From assembly GCA_012295275.1 (NCBI GenBank), contig CM022674.1, forward strand, positions 5,208,001-5,272,000: DNA of 64,000 nucleotides, written 5' to 3'. Below, piece by piece: positions 12,794 to 28,109 of the stretch. Under the pieces are notes generated by a model. That model saw only the letters and a program-made list of their open reading frames with translations, was not told the DNA's origin and did no database searches. A program made the position numbers and the translations under genes. The DNA is from Chrysomallon squamiferum. Its lineage: Eukaryota > Animalia > Mollusca. How positions within the stretch are numbered: the first letter of the stretch is position 1; every line of letters begins with the position of its first letter.

Positions 12794-13265
12794 TGCGAGG
12801 CTGTATTTCTCTGGTTACATTTTCAGGATTGCATGACGGACGGACAGAACAGTGAAAAAAAATAATATTTATATTTCCGCCATTTTGAGCTTCTTGTTTC
12901 CGTGCAAATAAATTTGTGTTTTTTCTTTTTCTTTTTTCCTCTTCCTTCCTCCATTTCTTTGTCATTTACTATCATTAAACACAATAGTAGGTGTGGCAGA
13001 ACCATTCGCACTACCGGAAATAAATCTTTTAATCAGCACGCTTGCGCAGAAACTCAAGAACAACAAATATGCGTAGAAAAGGGAACAGAACTCGTTCTTC
13101 GTCCTTTCATACGACAGCCGGATGAAACACAGACAACCAAACATGCATACAAGAACCGGAAGAGACACAGTCAGACACGCATGCGCAAATCACATTTGTA
13201 AGTTTCTTATTTTGTCTTCTTCTTCTTCTTTTTTTTTTTTTTTAATATTTAAAGATTAAAAATCG

Positions 13266-13618
13266 CTACATTTCTGTTGTCATTTCCTCCATTTGAATCG
13301 GTAAAGTGTTTATCTGCGGTACAGTGTTCAATCTTTCCAGGCGTTTCTTTTCTCTCTCGAACATCGTCAAACTCAACTTTCGACTATAATTTTTGTAAAT
13401 AATACTATCCTGCGCTCGTTTCACCACTCGAATCGTCTCCAGATTTTTCGGGTTGTGCCTGTAGCGAGGCTCCATTGGCTGCAGAATTCGAATGCTGTCC
13501 CATTTTTTAAAGAAAAACGTCACCGCCACTATCCACACCATGATAAGAATAAGAAAGACGACGACCTCCTCCGCCTGGGTTCCGCGTCTGATGGCGATGT
13601 AATGTTCGTGTCCGTCAT
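13266..13618 (-). CDS. Gene B terminal exon: juxtamembrane, TM helix (VVVFLILIMVWIVAVTFFF) and cytoplasmic tail ending TTEM*; FN3 + DUF4808-like single-pass membrane protein
   Basis: ctaattccag acceptor, phase 1 matching the FN3 exon donor, 353 nt to TAG. The pattern EEV..hhhhW..A...FF.KW..IR.L.P..P.Y resembles invertebrate FN3-TM proteins with DUF4808 (recalled from memory, not searched). Linkage to the FN3 exon is inferred from strand, phase and architecture. Confidence 0.88.
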
Positions 13619-13703
13619 CTGGAATTAGATAAATAAATAAATAAATAAATAAATATTTGAGTATACATAATACTGGAATAAATAGATAGTTATAGAGACA
13701 GGT

Positions 13704-13780
<77 letters not shown>

Positions 13781-13905
13781 TCTTTTCGGCTCATAAACGT
13801 CTGTTAACTTTCAAAGGATCTACGCACACTGTTTGTGTAAACGTAGATATACACGTAAACCACTAATTAGTTGACATGAAAAGAACGTGCTTTCACCAGT
13901 CTTAC

Positions 13906-13927
13906 CTCTCTCATTATAGAGACAGTG
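13906..13927 (-). other. Candidate 22-nt stop-containing cassette exon of Gene B
   Basis: gttaatttttttgtttattatag|CACTGTCTCTATAATGAGAGAG|GTAAGA. In phase 1 it reads T-L-S-L-TAA-TGA. Confidence 0.4.
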
Positions 13928-14450
13928 CTATAATAAACAAAAAAATTAACACCACAACGACAACGACGACGACAACAACAACAACAATAATAACAATAAC
14001 AATAATTTTATTTGTATTCACCAACGCATCGTACGAAACAAACAGCTAGGTCACGTTTTCGGTGAGCACTGACACAATAATTATCCGTCTAACAACGAAA
14101 CGTAACAATTAGTGCCCGTCAAAAGGAACTGGCTACTCGATTCCTCTGGGCACTGTGTAGGTCATTAGATGTCAAACTGTGTAAAAGCGGTTGTCGACCC
14201 GGTATTACGCTATACTCTAGGGCGACTCGCGTAGACAGAAACAAACACGACACATCTGCTGACACCGAAGCCTCGGTATGGGTTTGAATGTCGTCTGGCT
14301 TGGTAACTGACCGGACTTTGCGGTTATTGCAGTCAGTTAAGGTGCTGTCATAGGGATTCATTTGAGTGAACCGTCTGGACAGTTTCATCCACAGTAATTA
14401 TAGAAAATGGTGGGGGGAGGGAAAGAGAAGAGGCGGAGTAGGAGGGGGGT

Positions 14451-14533
<83 letters not shown>

Positions 14534-16582
14534 ATAATAATTGTAGTAGTAGTAGTAGTAATAGTAGGGGTTGTGAAATAGACTGTAGTAGGCTTATATT
14601 TAAAGAGTTAACGATCTATAAATCTGTCACCATCAAAAACAACAACAACAACAACAGCAGTTAAGATTATAAATTAACTATATAACGAAATAATGAATAA
14701 ATTAAAGAAATGTAATTAAATAGCTAAATAATAATAATAATAATAATAATTTAAAAATAATAATAATAAAAATACCTAACAAAATAACCAAATAATAAAC
14801 AAACAAAAAACAAAAATACAACTTGTAAGTAAGTAAGTAAGTAAATAAATAAAACCTACCAACCAGTCAACACCCCACCCCCACCCCCAAACAACAACCA
14901 GACAGTGAAAAAATATATATACTCACATACCAGAAGAAACACATTTTAAACCAAAGAAAAAAAAAAACGTTAACCATATTATTTAACGTCATGTTTCGTC
15001 GTTTGGAACAATAGATTTACGTAATGGTGCAGAAACATTAGCGCAGCATTCGTATCAAGTTTAATTAGACTTGTTACCCATTCTACTGCAAGATCGCGTT
15101 CGGTTAAAACGGATCGAAAAACCAGTCTAATTATTTTCGCGCCCTGTGGGGCGGATGTCGGCTGCCGTCAATAAAATTAATATGCATGAATGTGTCTTCC
15201 GGTGCAGAAGAGCTACATGGAAGACCGAATTAACTGTGGGCATGTGGAAGATTTTTGTAATTTATTTATTTTGTTATTAACGAGGTTTAATAAGATTATT
15301 TAAAAAAAAAAAAAAAAAAAGAAAGAAAAAAAACCCAGAAGATTGTAAGAACAACATGCAGAAGATTTTTTGTAATTTATTTATTTTGTTATTAACTTAG
15401 TTTAACATGATTATTTAAGAAAAAACCAGAGATTTGTAAGAAAGGCAAAAGAGATGGATGATAAAAGGAGAACATAATAATATTAGCATGAAAAAACATA
15501 AAGATAGGAAAAGGGAATAAAATAATTATAAGAAAACTATTTTTTTTTTCCAACCATACAACAACATCATCAACAAGAATAATAATAACACTGATAACAA
15601 CAGTAACAACAACAACAATAATACTGATAAGAATAACAACAACTTCGACGACAATAATAATAGCAATAGTAGCAGTAGTAGTGGTAGCAGATGTAGAAGT
15701 TGCAGTAAAGTAAAGTAGAAGCAGTATTTGAAGTAATTGCTGTTCCTGTAACAGAAAATTTAACAGCAGAATTTGCTGTTGTAGTACTGGTAGTAGAGTA
15801 GAATTGTAACTGTAGCATTAGCATTAGTATTAGTATTAATGTCCGTGTTAGTATTAGTATTAGTAATATCCGTATTAGTGGTGTTAGTAATAGCTGTTTC
15901 ATTTAAGTATAACTGTTACTAGTATTAGTTTGTAGCAGTAGTAGTAGTAGCAGCAGCAGTAGTTGTAGTAACTGTTGTTGTTGTTGTTGTAGCGACAGAT
16001 GTTGTAGAGAAACAGTAACAATAAAGTCAGTACAAGAAGGTGCAGAAGAAAAGAACGGAAATAAAACAACAAATAAAACATGACAGACGTCAGTGAGTTT
16101 TACGTTACAAACACAAAAACTTATCTTAAGTATAAATTATTTACTATTGCTTTCAGCGAAGCAAAAAGCACTGTTGATTTTTATCCAACTTGACGAAAAC
16201 AAGATGTCGATTTTTTTTTTTTTTTTTTTTTTTTAAATAAAATAACATTTGCTAATATAAAAGGATAAAGCGAACGAGCTTGATGAATGATGGGATCGCA
16301 GGAGGTGCATTAAGAATGCGTCACGTGGCAGAGTAAAGCCTCTTTATGAATTTTTTATTTTATTTCCTAATTGTGCGTTCACACAACGCGACTTAATGAA
16401 ACGATATTTATTGTATAAAATAACAGTACGGCGTAATCTAATCTTGTTATCAGTCTCACAAAACGAGACTTGTAATTATTCTTGTAATTATTATTTTATT
16501 ACTACTACTACTACTACCAATATTACTATTATTATCATTGTTTTAAAATAATTATTATTATTATTATTATTGTTGTTCTTCT

Positions 16583-16681
<99 letters not shown>

Positions 16682-16939
16682 TACTATTATTATTATTGCT
16701 GTTTTCTTAAAGGTGCTGTTTTTAATAATAAAAAATGTACATCCTGATAATGCTGTTTCCTAAAATTATTACTAATGTTTTGTACTATATCGTATTTCAT
16801 AAACTTACGTTTTTCTTTCACTTCGATCATCAAATACATCACTGATTTTATTTTTTACTTTATTATTATTTTACTACCATACTTCACATTGGCTAAATAA
16901 TGAAAAAACGTTAGTTCAATAACTCGCCTTCGACAAAAT

Positions 16940-16974
<35 letters not shown>

Positions 16975-17419
16975 TAATATAAAAAGGTTAACAGTCAGAA
17001 CCAATATTAAATGAAACACAAGATAGAGAAAGTAATGATTATATATCAGATTTAATGAACATCATCTGTTATCAAATTTGTAATTAACATTTGTGACATA
17101 TGGTCTCGTTTAGTGACCCCCTTTTTTTTTTCTTTTTTTTTTCCTGAAGATATTTTGTTTGTCTGTTTGTTTATTTATTTATTTACTTATTTATTTACTT
17201 ATTTATTTATTTACTTATTTACTTACTTATTTATTTATTTATTTAGGTATGTTTTTATTCTCTTTTTTTATTGTTTAATTATTTATAATGTTAATATATA
17301 TTTATTTTTATTCCGTTGATACCTACTTCTCACCATATAAGCCATTTCACAACTTCATATATAAAATTATGTTATAGAAAGTTATTCAAAGCTTAACAGT
17401 TTCATAATTCTTACGTTCT

Positions 17420-17490
17420 GACCATAACCGCGAATCGATCTTAAAGATCAGCAAGTCTTAAACGCCATGCCTTAACCATACTGCCACTCA
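17420..17490 (-). mobile_element. Possible degenerate tRNA-derived SINE head
   Basis: Minus strand TGGCAGTATGGTTAAGGC (A-box-like) followed about 30 nt later by GATCGATTC (B-box-like). No cloverleaf can be built. Confidence 0.3.
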
Positions 17491-17979
17491 GAACTGATAC
17501 AAATCCCCATGACGTATTGATCCTATTACTTCAATCTATGACGTAATGTTTCTAAGTAACAGTCACTACACATGACGTCAATGTGTACATAACATCAATC
17601 CTATATAAGCCCAGTAAAATATTTTATTTGATTAATTGCATTTTGCACTAGAATACCATTTGTGCATGGTTAACAATGGTAGTTTAAATCGACAGAAACG
17701 GAGTCGTTTTAAACCAACGTCTACATCGGACGCCAACGAAGTGACGTAACGTATACACGTATGAATCATGCACGAAGCGAAGCAGGTGGTTTGCGTAATA
17801 CGATCTTTGTAACGTAGAAAGGTGACACTAGTATTAATTACAATGGTATTTAATTATGTCGCAACAGATTCTGTTTGATTAACATTATGATTGTGGCTGA
17901 CGGTATACGCTTAATGTACATTGTATAACTTGGTATAGGATACGTATATAATGTTACATAAAATGTATGTATGTATATG

Positions 17980-18016
<37 letters not shown>

Positions 18017-18262
18017 AAATAGAAACAGGCTTACAGATGTGTAATTAACCCCCCCCTTATACACAAATAAGCACATACACGTTTCAACGTATTTACGTTC
18101 ATTCGTATGCCAATACTTAAAATCTAAGCCATGTGTCTGTGTGTGTGTGCGTGTGCGTGCATGTGTGTGTCTGTGTGTTTCGTGTTTTACCGGATAAAAA
18201 GAAATAGAACAGTTTTAAGTTTTCACATTTTGTATAAAACACGTTGGACAAAACGTCTGTTG

Positions 18263-18330
18263 CAAGGTCATTTCAAGGTCACTCGATCCACCAAGTCAAA
18301 TTCATGATCAAAGTAAAGGTTAAAAGGTCA
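18263..18330 (+). promoter_or_regulatory. Nuclear-receptor half-site cluster: perfect DR5, imperfect DR2, TCAAGGTCA and AAAGGTCA
   Basis: AGGTCA-tttca-AGGTCA at 18265-18281; AGGTTA-aa-AGGTCA at 18317-18330. Confidence 0.4.
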
Positions 18331-18559
18331 CAACCCTTCGTATTACCCCTATATATAAAAAAATAATAATAATAATAAACACTTGTCCGTCATGTTAAAA
18401 ATGGAAATAGCAACGTTTTGAGCAGCAATAATAACAATAAAAGCAACAATAATAATAATAATAACAATAACAATAATAATAATAATAATAATATTAAAAG
18501 TAATAAAATAATAATACTAAAATAATAATAATAACCAAAAGAAGAAATAATAAGAAGAA

Positions 18560-18590
<31 letters not shown>

Positions 18591-20175
18591 AAGAAGAAGA
18601 AGAAGAAGAAGAAGAAGAAGAAAAGAAAAAAAAAAAAAAAAAAAAAAAAACAGAGTAGAAAAATTAAAACAGTGTTTAACAGCTTTTCTTCATCACCATA
18701 AAACTTGGATTATTTATTTAGCGGTATACTTGTACAGCTTAATTATTCCATTAGCGAGTCACGTGTCATTCTGATGCGGTTCTTGGAATAACTTGACCTC
18801 GCTACAGAACAGTCTAGGACATCGATCCCGAAAACGCGTAGTCAGTAGGATCGAATCCCGGCAGAGGTTTGTTTCTAACGTATTGTCTTTTAGCTCGTTC
18901 TCTAAAACATTAATGCTAATTTAGTCAAGTACAGACAGCTCAGGCCCAGTGGTTGCGTGCTTGAATTGTTAATGGATGAATGATAGGTCTGTAGGGGGAA
19001 AACAAGAAAAAAGAGGAGATTTTTCATGCTTCAGATAAATATTGTTATTCGTAGTCGAACGAGTACGACATTTTTGATAAACAGCTCGGAGACTATGCAA
19101 TATAGAATGGAAACGAATATTTGTGTTTTTGTATGTCAAACGAAAATCACCTGCTACCTAGTTAATACTAGTAATACTATCGGTCAGAATCAAATTACGA
19201 TACTTTTTGTGTGTTATTATCGTATTTAGTATTTGAATTAAACTATAATGACTTGGACGCCATTGATTGTTCCACTAAAACTGTAGGAGTTTGCTTAATT
19301 AGACCCTAAGCTGTGTGTGTTACAAATGGGAAGTGTAACAATCGGGAAATGACCTTTCGTGACGTCGCAGGACGTATGACGTAACTACTACGTCACTCAG
19401 GCTCGCGATAAAGGTCTGTAGTTCAACGACCAAATCGTGTTACAAATTACCTCGTAAAAATAGACTGCTTACTCCACAGAAAAAAAGACAAAAAAAAGAG
19501 TAGTACTGATTACATCTAAGTAATGCGTTACTTTTGAAACAAATCTTTAGAAGACGCACGTAAAAAAAAAAAAAAAAAAAAAAATAACGGTTAAAAAAAG
19601 TTGTTCATAGATCTTCAACCTTGACCGGTTAACACGAATATTTTCATCGGCAGTAAAAAAAAAAAAAAAGAAAAAAAAAAAAAAAAGAATGTTAGAAAAA
19701 AACAAAATGTTCCCATTACATTAATGTTCTGTTTTAAGTGATCGCTGGCAACAGGAGTCAGTGAGAACAACATTAACTCCCGTACACAGATTTGTTCAGC
19801 AAACAGGTTTTACATTCCCAGCTGACAGCCCTCAACACTTGCCGTGATGCAAACAAGTTGTCTGGTGGTGGTGGTGTGTCCTGAACCACGTGTCTAACAC
19901 AACAGACGTCTTGCCCGTGCAGCGAAACCGTTATTAATGGGAGAGGGTGGGGGGGAACGTTTTTCTTTGTTCGAGACATTCCTGCAGTAAATGAGAAATA
20001 CCTAAGTACTTCCAGTTAACTTCCAGTAACGATCTGCAAACTGGTTTGTTTGTTCTGAAGAGGAATTTTTTTTGGCGATATTTTCGTAGCCTATAAAATC
20101 TACTATGAAATCAAAGAGATCTGGTTTAATAACACATGCGTAAATTCTTTGATACAGAACACTTAATTTTTGTTT

Positions 20176-20208
<33 letters not shown>

Positions 20209-21220
20209 CATAAATGTTCTTAAATGCAGGTACACATAGATAAAGACAATAGAGTAGAAGAAAGAAAGAAAAATAAATAATATTCACATGACTTTTCCAC
20301 ACACATATACATACATACATACATTCATACATTCATAGACACATATACATACATACATACGTACATACACACATACATTACTTCCGTATTACTGTTTTAT
20401 TCGTAACTAAACCAGAACCTTTGCAAATAATAAAGTATATCACTATAAAAGTATCCTTATTTTCACGTCAAATTACTACAGAAATACAAACATTTTCATT
20501 TCTTGAAGATAAAAATGAATAAAACAACAAGCAGCTACAAAAGATCGATCTTAACGTTAACACAAACATTTAAATATTTGCTCTTACTAAACTGGAGGAA
20601 TTTACATACATACATAAATACAAACTGTCACAAATATTCGAAGAAATGCACGCTCTCATATAACTGGAGGAATTTACATACATATATACATACATAATAC
20701 AAATGTCTGTAACATTCGTAGAATTACATGGCTCTCTCATAAAACTGGGGAGGAAATCACTGACAGATAACATTCACAGCATTACGAATAATTGGAATTG
20801 AATAAAGTCGTCGACTAGCGAATGCGATATTCAGTAATTGCAGTGATTTATTGCTTTAGAACTATTACGTCGATCGCAAACCTTGAAGCCCCAATGGACT
20901 CCTGGCGTAAAACTGCAATGAGAAACAAACCCGATTAACCCCATTGATGATGTCATGTGTGGCTTGATGACCGATAATAGGCGACCTGCAACTGGCGGAA
21001 TATGATACCATGGTAACGGTGATCGAACTCTGAAGATCTTATACCGTCTTAGTGTGTCACTAATTAAATAAAAGAACGTGAAATAATAACTCCAGGCTGG
21101 GTTTTAGCGTTCGTCCTGTCAGCGAACTGTCCAAGTCTGCATGCATGTTAGTCTTACACGAAAAGCAACAGAATTTTGTCTTAGAAAAGAATTTTTTTTT
21201 CTTTTGCAAACTTGAGTCAA

Positions 21221-21276
21221 GAGCCGCATTGGTTAAGCGATGTGCTAGAACTTGAAAGTATCTGGGTTGATCCTGC
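21221..21276 (+). mobile_element. Possible degenerate tRNA-derived SINE head
   Basis: AGCCGCATTGGTTAAGCG ... GGGTTGATCCTG spacing resembles Pol III A/B boxes. Confidence 0.25.
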
Positions 21277-21315
21277 ATCGATTCTTTCTTAAATGACTAA
21301 ATATTATGAACCTTG

Positions 21316-21664
<349 letters not shown>

Positions 21665-22011
21665 AAACACTCAAATACTGTTGTACTGGACTGACAGACG
21701 AGTATTCTTGATTTTTTTTTTTTTTTCTAAGACAGACGCGTGGTAATATCAGTTGAAAGTAATAAGCTTTCAGGATGTTTACTGAACCATACGTTTTTGT
21801 TAAGATAAAATTTGAAGATCTCATTTCATAGTGGCGATATTGGTCTACTGTTGATTTGTTTAATTATAATAAATGTTTGTATCTGTGTCTGGGTTTATGT
21901 GATAGAGAGATACACAGACAGACAGACAGACAGATAGGCAGAGATTAATAAAACGAGAATTTGATACAGTACGATTTTAACAGAAAGAAACAATAATATT
22001 TAATAAATATC

Positions 22012-22109
<98 letters not shown>

Positions 22110-22447
22110 CTAATTTATTTTAATATTTCCTTCTTCTTCTTCTTCTTCTTCTTCTTCTTTTCCTTATTATATTTATCAGATTTGTTTATTCAGCTACTTA
22201 AACAAGTGGAACTTCGATTGACTGTGAGAACAAAGAGCATTTTTAGTTTTCTTTGCATAACCAGTCAGTTTTGCAATAATCCATAAGACGTTGACTTTAG
22301 ATATGGTGATCTCCCGCTGCCGAAACAAACGTGCAAACCAAAGATCATTATCCAGTCGGATATCAGGTGACAAAAGAAACTACAAAAGCGATATGGGAAA
22401 ATTGTTTGTTTGATCGAATGGTGACGTGCGGAATTTTTGTTTATGGA

Positions 22448-22929
<482 letters not shown>

Positions 22930-24721
22930 GAACAAAAGTAATGTGTGAACGTTTATATACATCTACTGATCGAATTCTTCTACGTGTCCAAAAATTACGG
23001 AATAACCAAACAAAGAGAGTGAAGGAAAATGTAATAATTCGATATGCACACTTGTTTACATACCATGCTGTCGCAATGCTTTTTTTATCGGTAACTGAAA
23101 TGCTGTTTATTAATGCGTACGGAAATTGTCGATGGCTCGATGGTTTTGGATAACGCTGTGACGTCACAGCTCGAGTGAACGATCAACTGTAGATAAACGT
23201 TTGTTCAAGCACATAATGGCAACGTCTGTTGACTCAAACAAAAAGCTCGAAACATAATCCGCGCTAGCTCGTAAACAACGTCACAGTTGATATTTGCATG
23301 GTCGCAGTGACGTCATCAGTCGATTATTCTTTTGTTGGTCACGTTATTGTTTTTTTTTTTTTTTTTTTGAAAGGACACTGACGATTATGCCAGTATAAGG
23401 ATGTAAGTTGTTTGTGTGTGTGTGTTATTCTTTCTGCCCATCCCCTGTTTTTAAAATACTTAGATTAGCTTACAAAAAACCCCAGAAAAGAATAATAATA
23501 ATAATAAATAAATAAAATAAACGAATAAAAAAATAAAAAATAAAAAATAAAAAATAAATAATAATAATAATAATAATAATAATATTTAAAAAAAAATATA
23601 TATAATAATAATAATAGTAATAATAATAAATATATTTATTTATACATTTGTTTAGAGTAGCAGATCATTTATCCAACAAGATTCATCACTGTTCTTCCAT
23701 TTATCATCATCATTCTTTTTCTTGTTCCATCCTTCATTACCCTTTCTCTCCTTCGTTTTCTTTTTCTCTTCTCTCTCTCTCTCTCTTGATTTCGCACAAC
23801 TCCTTTATTCTAATTATATCCTAACGATTTTGTTTTTTGTTGTAGTTGTTGTTATTGTTATTTATTTATTTATTTATTTATTGGAAACGATGGTTCTGAG
23901 CGATCCTTGGCATGCGTAAGATCACCAACGTAGATTACAGACGCATCAGCATCTTCGAAACAATCACTGGTTCAATTCATCATAGATTAAGTTTTTAAAA
24001 AAAAAAAAAAAAAAACCTCCATGCCCCTGATATGATCGTTTCGAAGCTGGCTTGATGCTAACATGAAGGAAAGTTAAATGAAGCAGTGACTACAAATTAC
24101 ATTCCACTTGGCAGCAACTGCATCACACTACAGTGATCACAACATGTTGCCAGACTCCAATTTTTCATTTTTTTTTTTTTTTTTTTACGTTAAATCTGCT
24201 GTGTAACCAATATTACGTCGGCAATTCTGACATTTTCAAAACACACGTGCAGCTTCAACTACTTCAGCTTCAGCCACAACGTCACCCGAGATTTACGAAC
24301 GATGAGGTCGTAAAATCTGCTATGGCAACCAGAGAATTTCATATTTGGAAAGTGTCAACAAAGATCGTATTAAAAAAACAGAAAATAAAGAAGAAAAAGA
24401 AAAATGAGCTTATAACGAATTGCAAGAAAACTACGCAGCACAAACCAGCACAACTGGAACAACGGGCTGTCCAATACGACATTAAAAGCATACATTAATT
24501 ATAGTTATAATTTTCTAGATATTTTCTAGACATATTTTCTAGATATTTTCCAGGAAAGTAATACTTGTAAATAGTTTCTTAGTCGAATAATAGAATGTGT
24601 TTGATGGTAAGTACCGTCGTGAATTGTAATGAGTTAGAAAAATGAAAGGAATACCGCAAGAACATGATTAAAACCTAATAAAAACGTAAAACGTGAGACA
24701 GATTAAAATAGATAAAAACAT

Positions 24722-24813
<92 letters not shown>

Positions 24814-25359
24814 TTCAGATTATTTAAAACTTAATCAGACTAAATACAGATTAAAAAAAATATATATATAAATATATCTTTATTAAACAACGTTTAACAT
24901 TCACTCCATCATATCTGTTACGTTTCCTGTTTTTCACAGGGAACATGTGTCAAAGAACACCGGACCGGCGGCGGAATTGGCGCCATCTACAAATTTCGTT
25001 TACGTTATTATCGTTGCTACACTTGTAGCGAACAAAAACGCGTTATTTCGCTCTGCGAATCATTTATTTACTAACATTAACTTCGCCAGACGGTTCTTTC
25101 AGTCCTTTCAGTCGGGTTGACGACCCTCGGGCTATTTGCTCGTGCTTGACCGGATGTGGGCTGTTTATTTTGCTTTCTCTACACAGTGTATTTAACAAAC
25201 CATAAGACTGATGAATAGGTATAATGGAGAACAAAGTAATAATGATCGTTTGATGTTAATTATTATGTTGAGATAAGACTTATACTATATATGTATAAAA
25301 ACAAATATATATATATATATAGTATAATTCTTATATATATATATATATAGTATAATTCT

Positions 25360-25399
<40 letters not shown>

Positions 25400-25867
25400 C
25401 AATATAAAATAAAATAATTTAGCTGAAAAATTATTTAAAATAAAATATTCAGAAATAGCAGAAACAAGTCTAAACCAGTTTTGCAATATAAGGTGAACTT
25501 AATTTCCTGACCGTATTAAGCTTCTTTAAGTAACGTATTAAAATTCAATTTGGTTTGAAAGGTTTTAGAAACTGTTAAATCAACCGTGATATCTTTTAAA
25601 CATTTTTATTTTTATTTTATTTTTTTTATTCCTCCGTTAGTAATAAAAAATTCATTTTCAATCAATAGATTAAGTAAAGATGCAGTATGGGTTTTCTGTT
25701 ATTTATAATAATAATTTTTCTTTTGATAATTTTCCTTCTGTTTTTTACTTTTTTCTTAGTATAATAATCAATTTATTCATTCGTTCTTTCTTTCATGCAT
25801 TTTTATTCTTTTTTTCTTTCATTCATTCATTCGTCCATACTTCCTTTTTTCATGTATTCATTCTTTT

Positions 25868-26014
<147 letters not shown>

Positions 26015-26266
26015 CGAAAATTGGTTTTCCACTAAACACATACAAATGAGATAGTTACATAATCAGACAGAGTATATTTAATGTTTGAAGACTTCTTAAT
26101 GAATATCATATGTGACACATTGTTCTTTTTAAGCTGATAGATTTGTTTTCAGAAAGTTTTCGTCGTAATTTAGGACTTCATCTTTTCGGGGTTTTTTTTC
26201 TTTCTTTCTTTCCTTCTTTATTTCTTTATTTCCTTTTTTACTATTGTGTTTTAATTTCCTCTTTAA

Positions 26267-26320
<54 letters not shown>

Positions 26321-26641
26321 TATTATTATTATTATTATTACTACTATTATTATTATTAATTTTTTTTTTTTACTTTTGTTTTATATTTCTCTACTTTATT
26401 CGTGTTTTTTTCCATAATGTTTTCCCATTCATCATTCAGCTTTTTACCATTATCATTCGTTAACGACAAGAAAAAAAAGAGAAAATAAAAGAAGTTAGAT
26501 TTGTTTTGCTGTAAAATTTTATGTTGAAGTTATCACTCAAACTCAGCGAACCCTGTGTTGAGAGAGCATGGAATTCCAGAGTTTGATTAAATAGGATGGT
26601 CTTAGAAAGAAAAAAAATAAAGGAAAAAAAAAAAAAAAAAA

Positions 26642-26675
<34 letters not shown>

Positions 26676-27870
26676 ATAATAATAATTAAAAGTGTAATTT
26701 GTTTCGGAAAAAGTTAAATAAATAAAATGTAATAAAATAAAATAAAATAAAATAAAATAAAATAAAAAAAAAATAATAAACAAACAAACAAGCAAATAAT
26801 TAATAACTAAATAATAAACAAATAAAATAACATAAATAATCAAACAAATAAACCCACAATGAAATCGTCAAATACAAAATACCACAACTTCACTGAAAAA
26901 CAAATAAACCCACAACATACGCATGTACCGACATTATACACTCACACACGCAAAAGAAATCAAATAACAAAACAACACACACACACACACACACACGTAA
27001 CATAATCAAATAACTAAGTAATACACATACACACACAACCAAAGAACAAATCAACATACGTACACACACACACACACATACGCACAAATGAAACCAAACA
27101 ATAAAAACACGCACTGAATCAGTAAAAGCAATGATAAAGTCGCTCTTTAGAAAGGATCCTTCACTTCAGCATCATTAAACCGTTCAGTTTTCTCCAACAA
27201 TCGATACAAAGAAGAAAAAAAAAAAAAAAAAAAAAAAAAAAGAAAAAAATGAAAAAAGGAAGACAGATGGCCTTGAATTAACCGACATGACCATAAACAG
27301 CAGGAGAAAACAAAGTTATTAAAGATAACACGCTTCAGAATTAGATTTTACCAATTTCCGTTCGTTTGGTATCTGCTTCATTTTTTTTTTCTTTTTTTCT
27401 TTATTCTATTCTTTCTTTTCTTCTTTGTCTCTTTCTTGTTTTAATTTTCGTTGTTTTCTTTCTTTAGAAATATGTTTCATGTCCCTTTTTTTCTATTTAT
27501 TGGATTCTTCAGGTTCTTTCTCGATTTATTTTTTTATTTTATTTTATTTTTTTCAGTCTTATTCTCTTCCTCTCTTTGTTTCATTCCTTCTCTTTTTCTT
27601 TACTTCTTTTTCTTCAGGACGTATTTGGTCACAGGATCAATTTTTTAATATTTTTTATAAACCGATTTCGTGTATCTACCAATGTTTCTCTGCTTTAGAT
27701 ATACAGTACATAAGTAATATTTTTTTATTATTTATTTATTAACTTTAAAAAAAAAAAAAAACATTTAATCATGTCCGTTACACTTTTTTATTATTATTTT
27801 TTTCCCCCTAAATTACATGTTTCTGTCTTTCCTTCTTTCTATTTTCGTTACTTCCTTAATTTTTCTTTTT

Positions 27871-27907
<37 letters not shown>

Positions 27908-28048
27908 TATCACCTTTTAGTGGTTTTTTGTTTGTTTGCCGCAGTTGTTGTGGTTGTTGTATTTCTTCAGCATCTTTCAACAGATCAAGAACCGGTCTTG
28001 TTCCAGAGAGGATCATTAAAAGCTTTTACAAATTTTTACATAATTTTT

Positions 28049-28089
<41 letters not shown>

Positions 28090-28109
28090 GATTTTGAACA
28101 TAAACAAAG

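Noticed and set aside
14341-14382. REST/RE1-like half sites (GGTGCTG, GGACAG)
   Set aside because: Wrong spacing and orientation for an RE1, and the REST system is not expected outside chordates.
18840-18965. tRNA gene suggested by GGATCGAATCCC and AGCTCAG...TGGTT motifs
   Set aside because: The boxes are in the wrong order and no cloverleaf can be built; at most SINE debris.
15245-20750. Short local duplications (about 15245/15360, 20590/20662; also 30237-30287 and 55202-55240)
   Set aside because: Ordinary slippage-type tandem duplications with no coding or structural signal.
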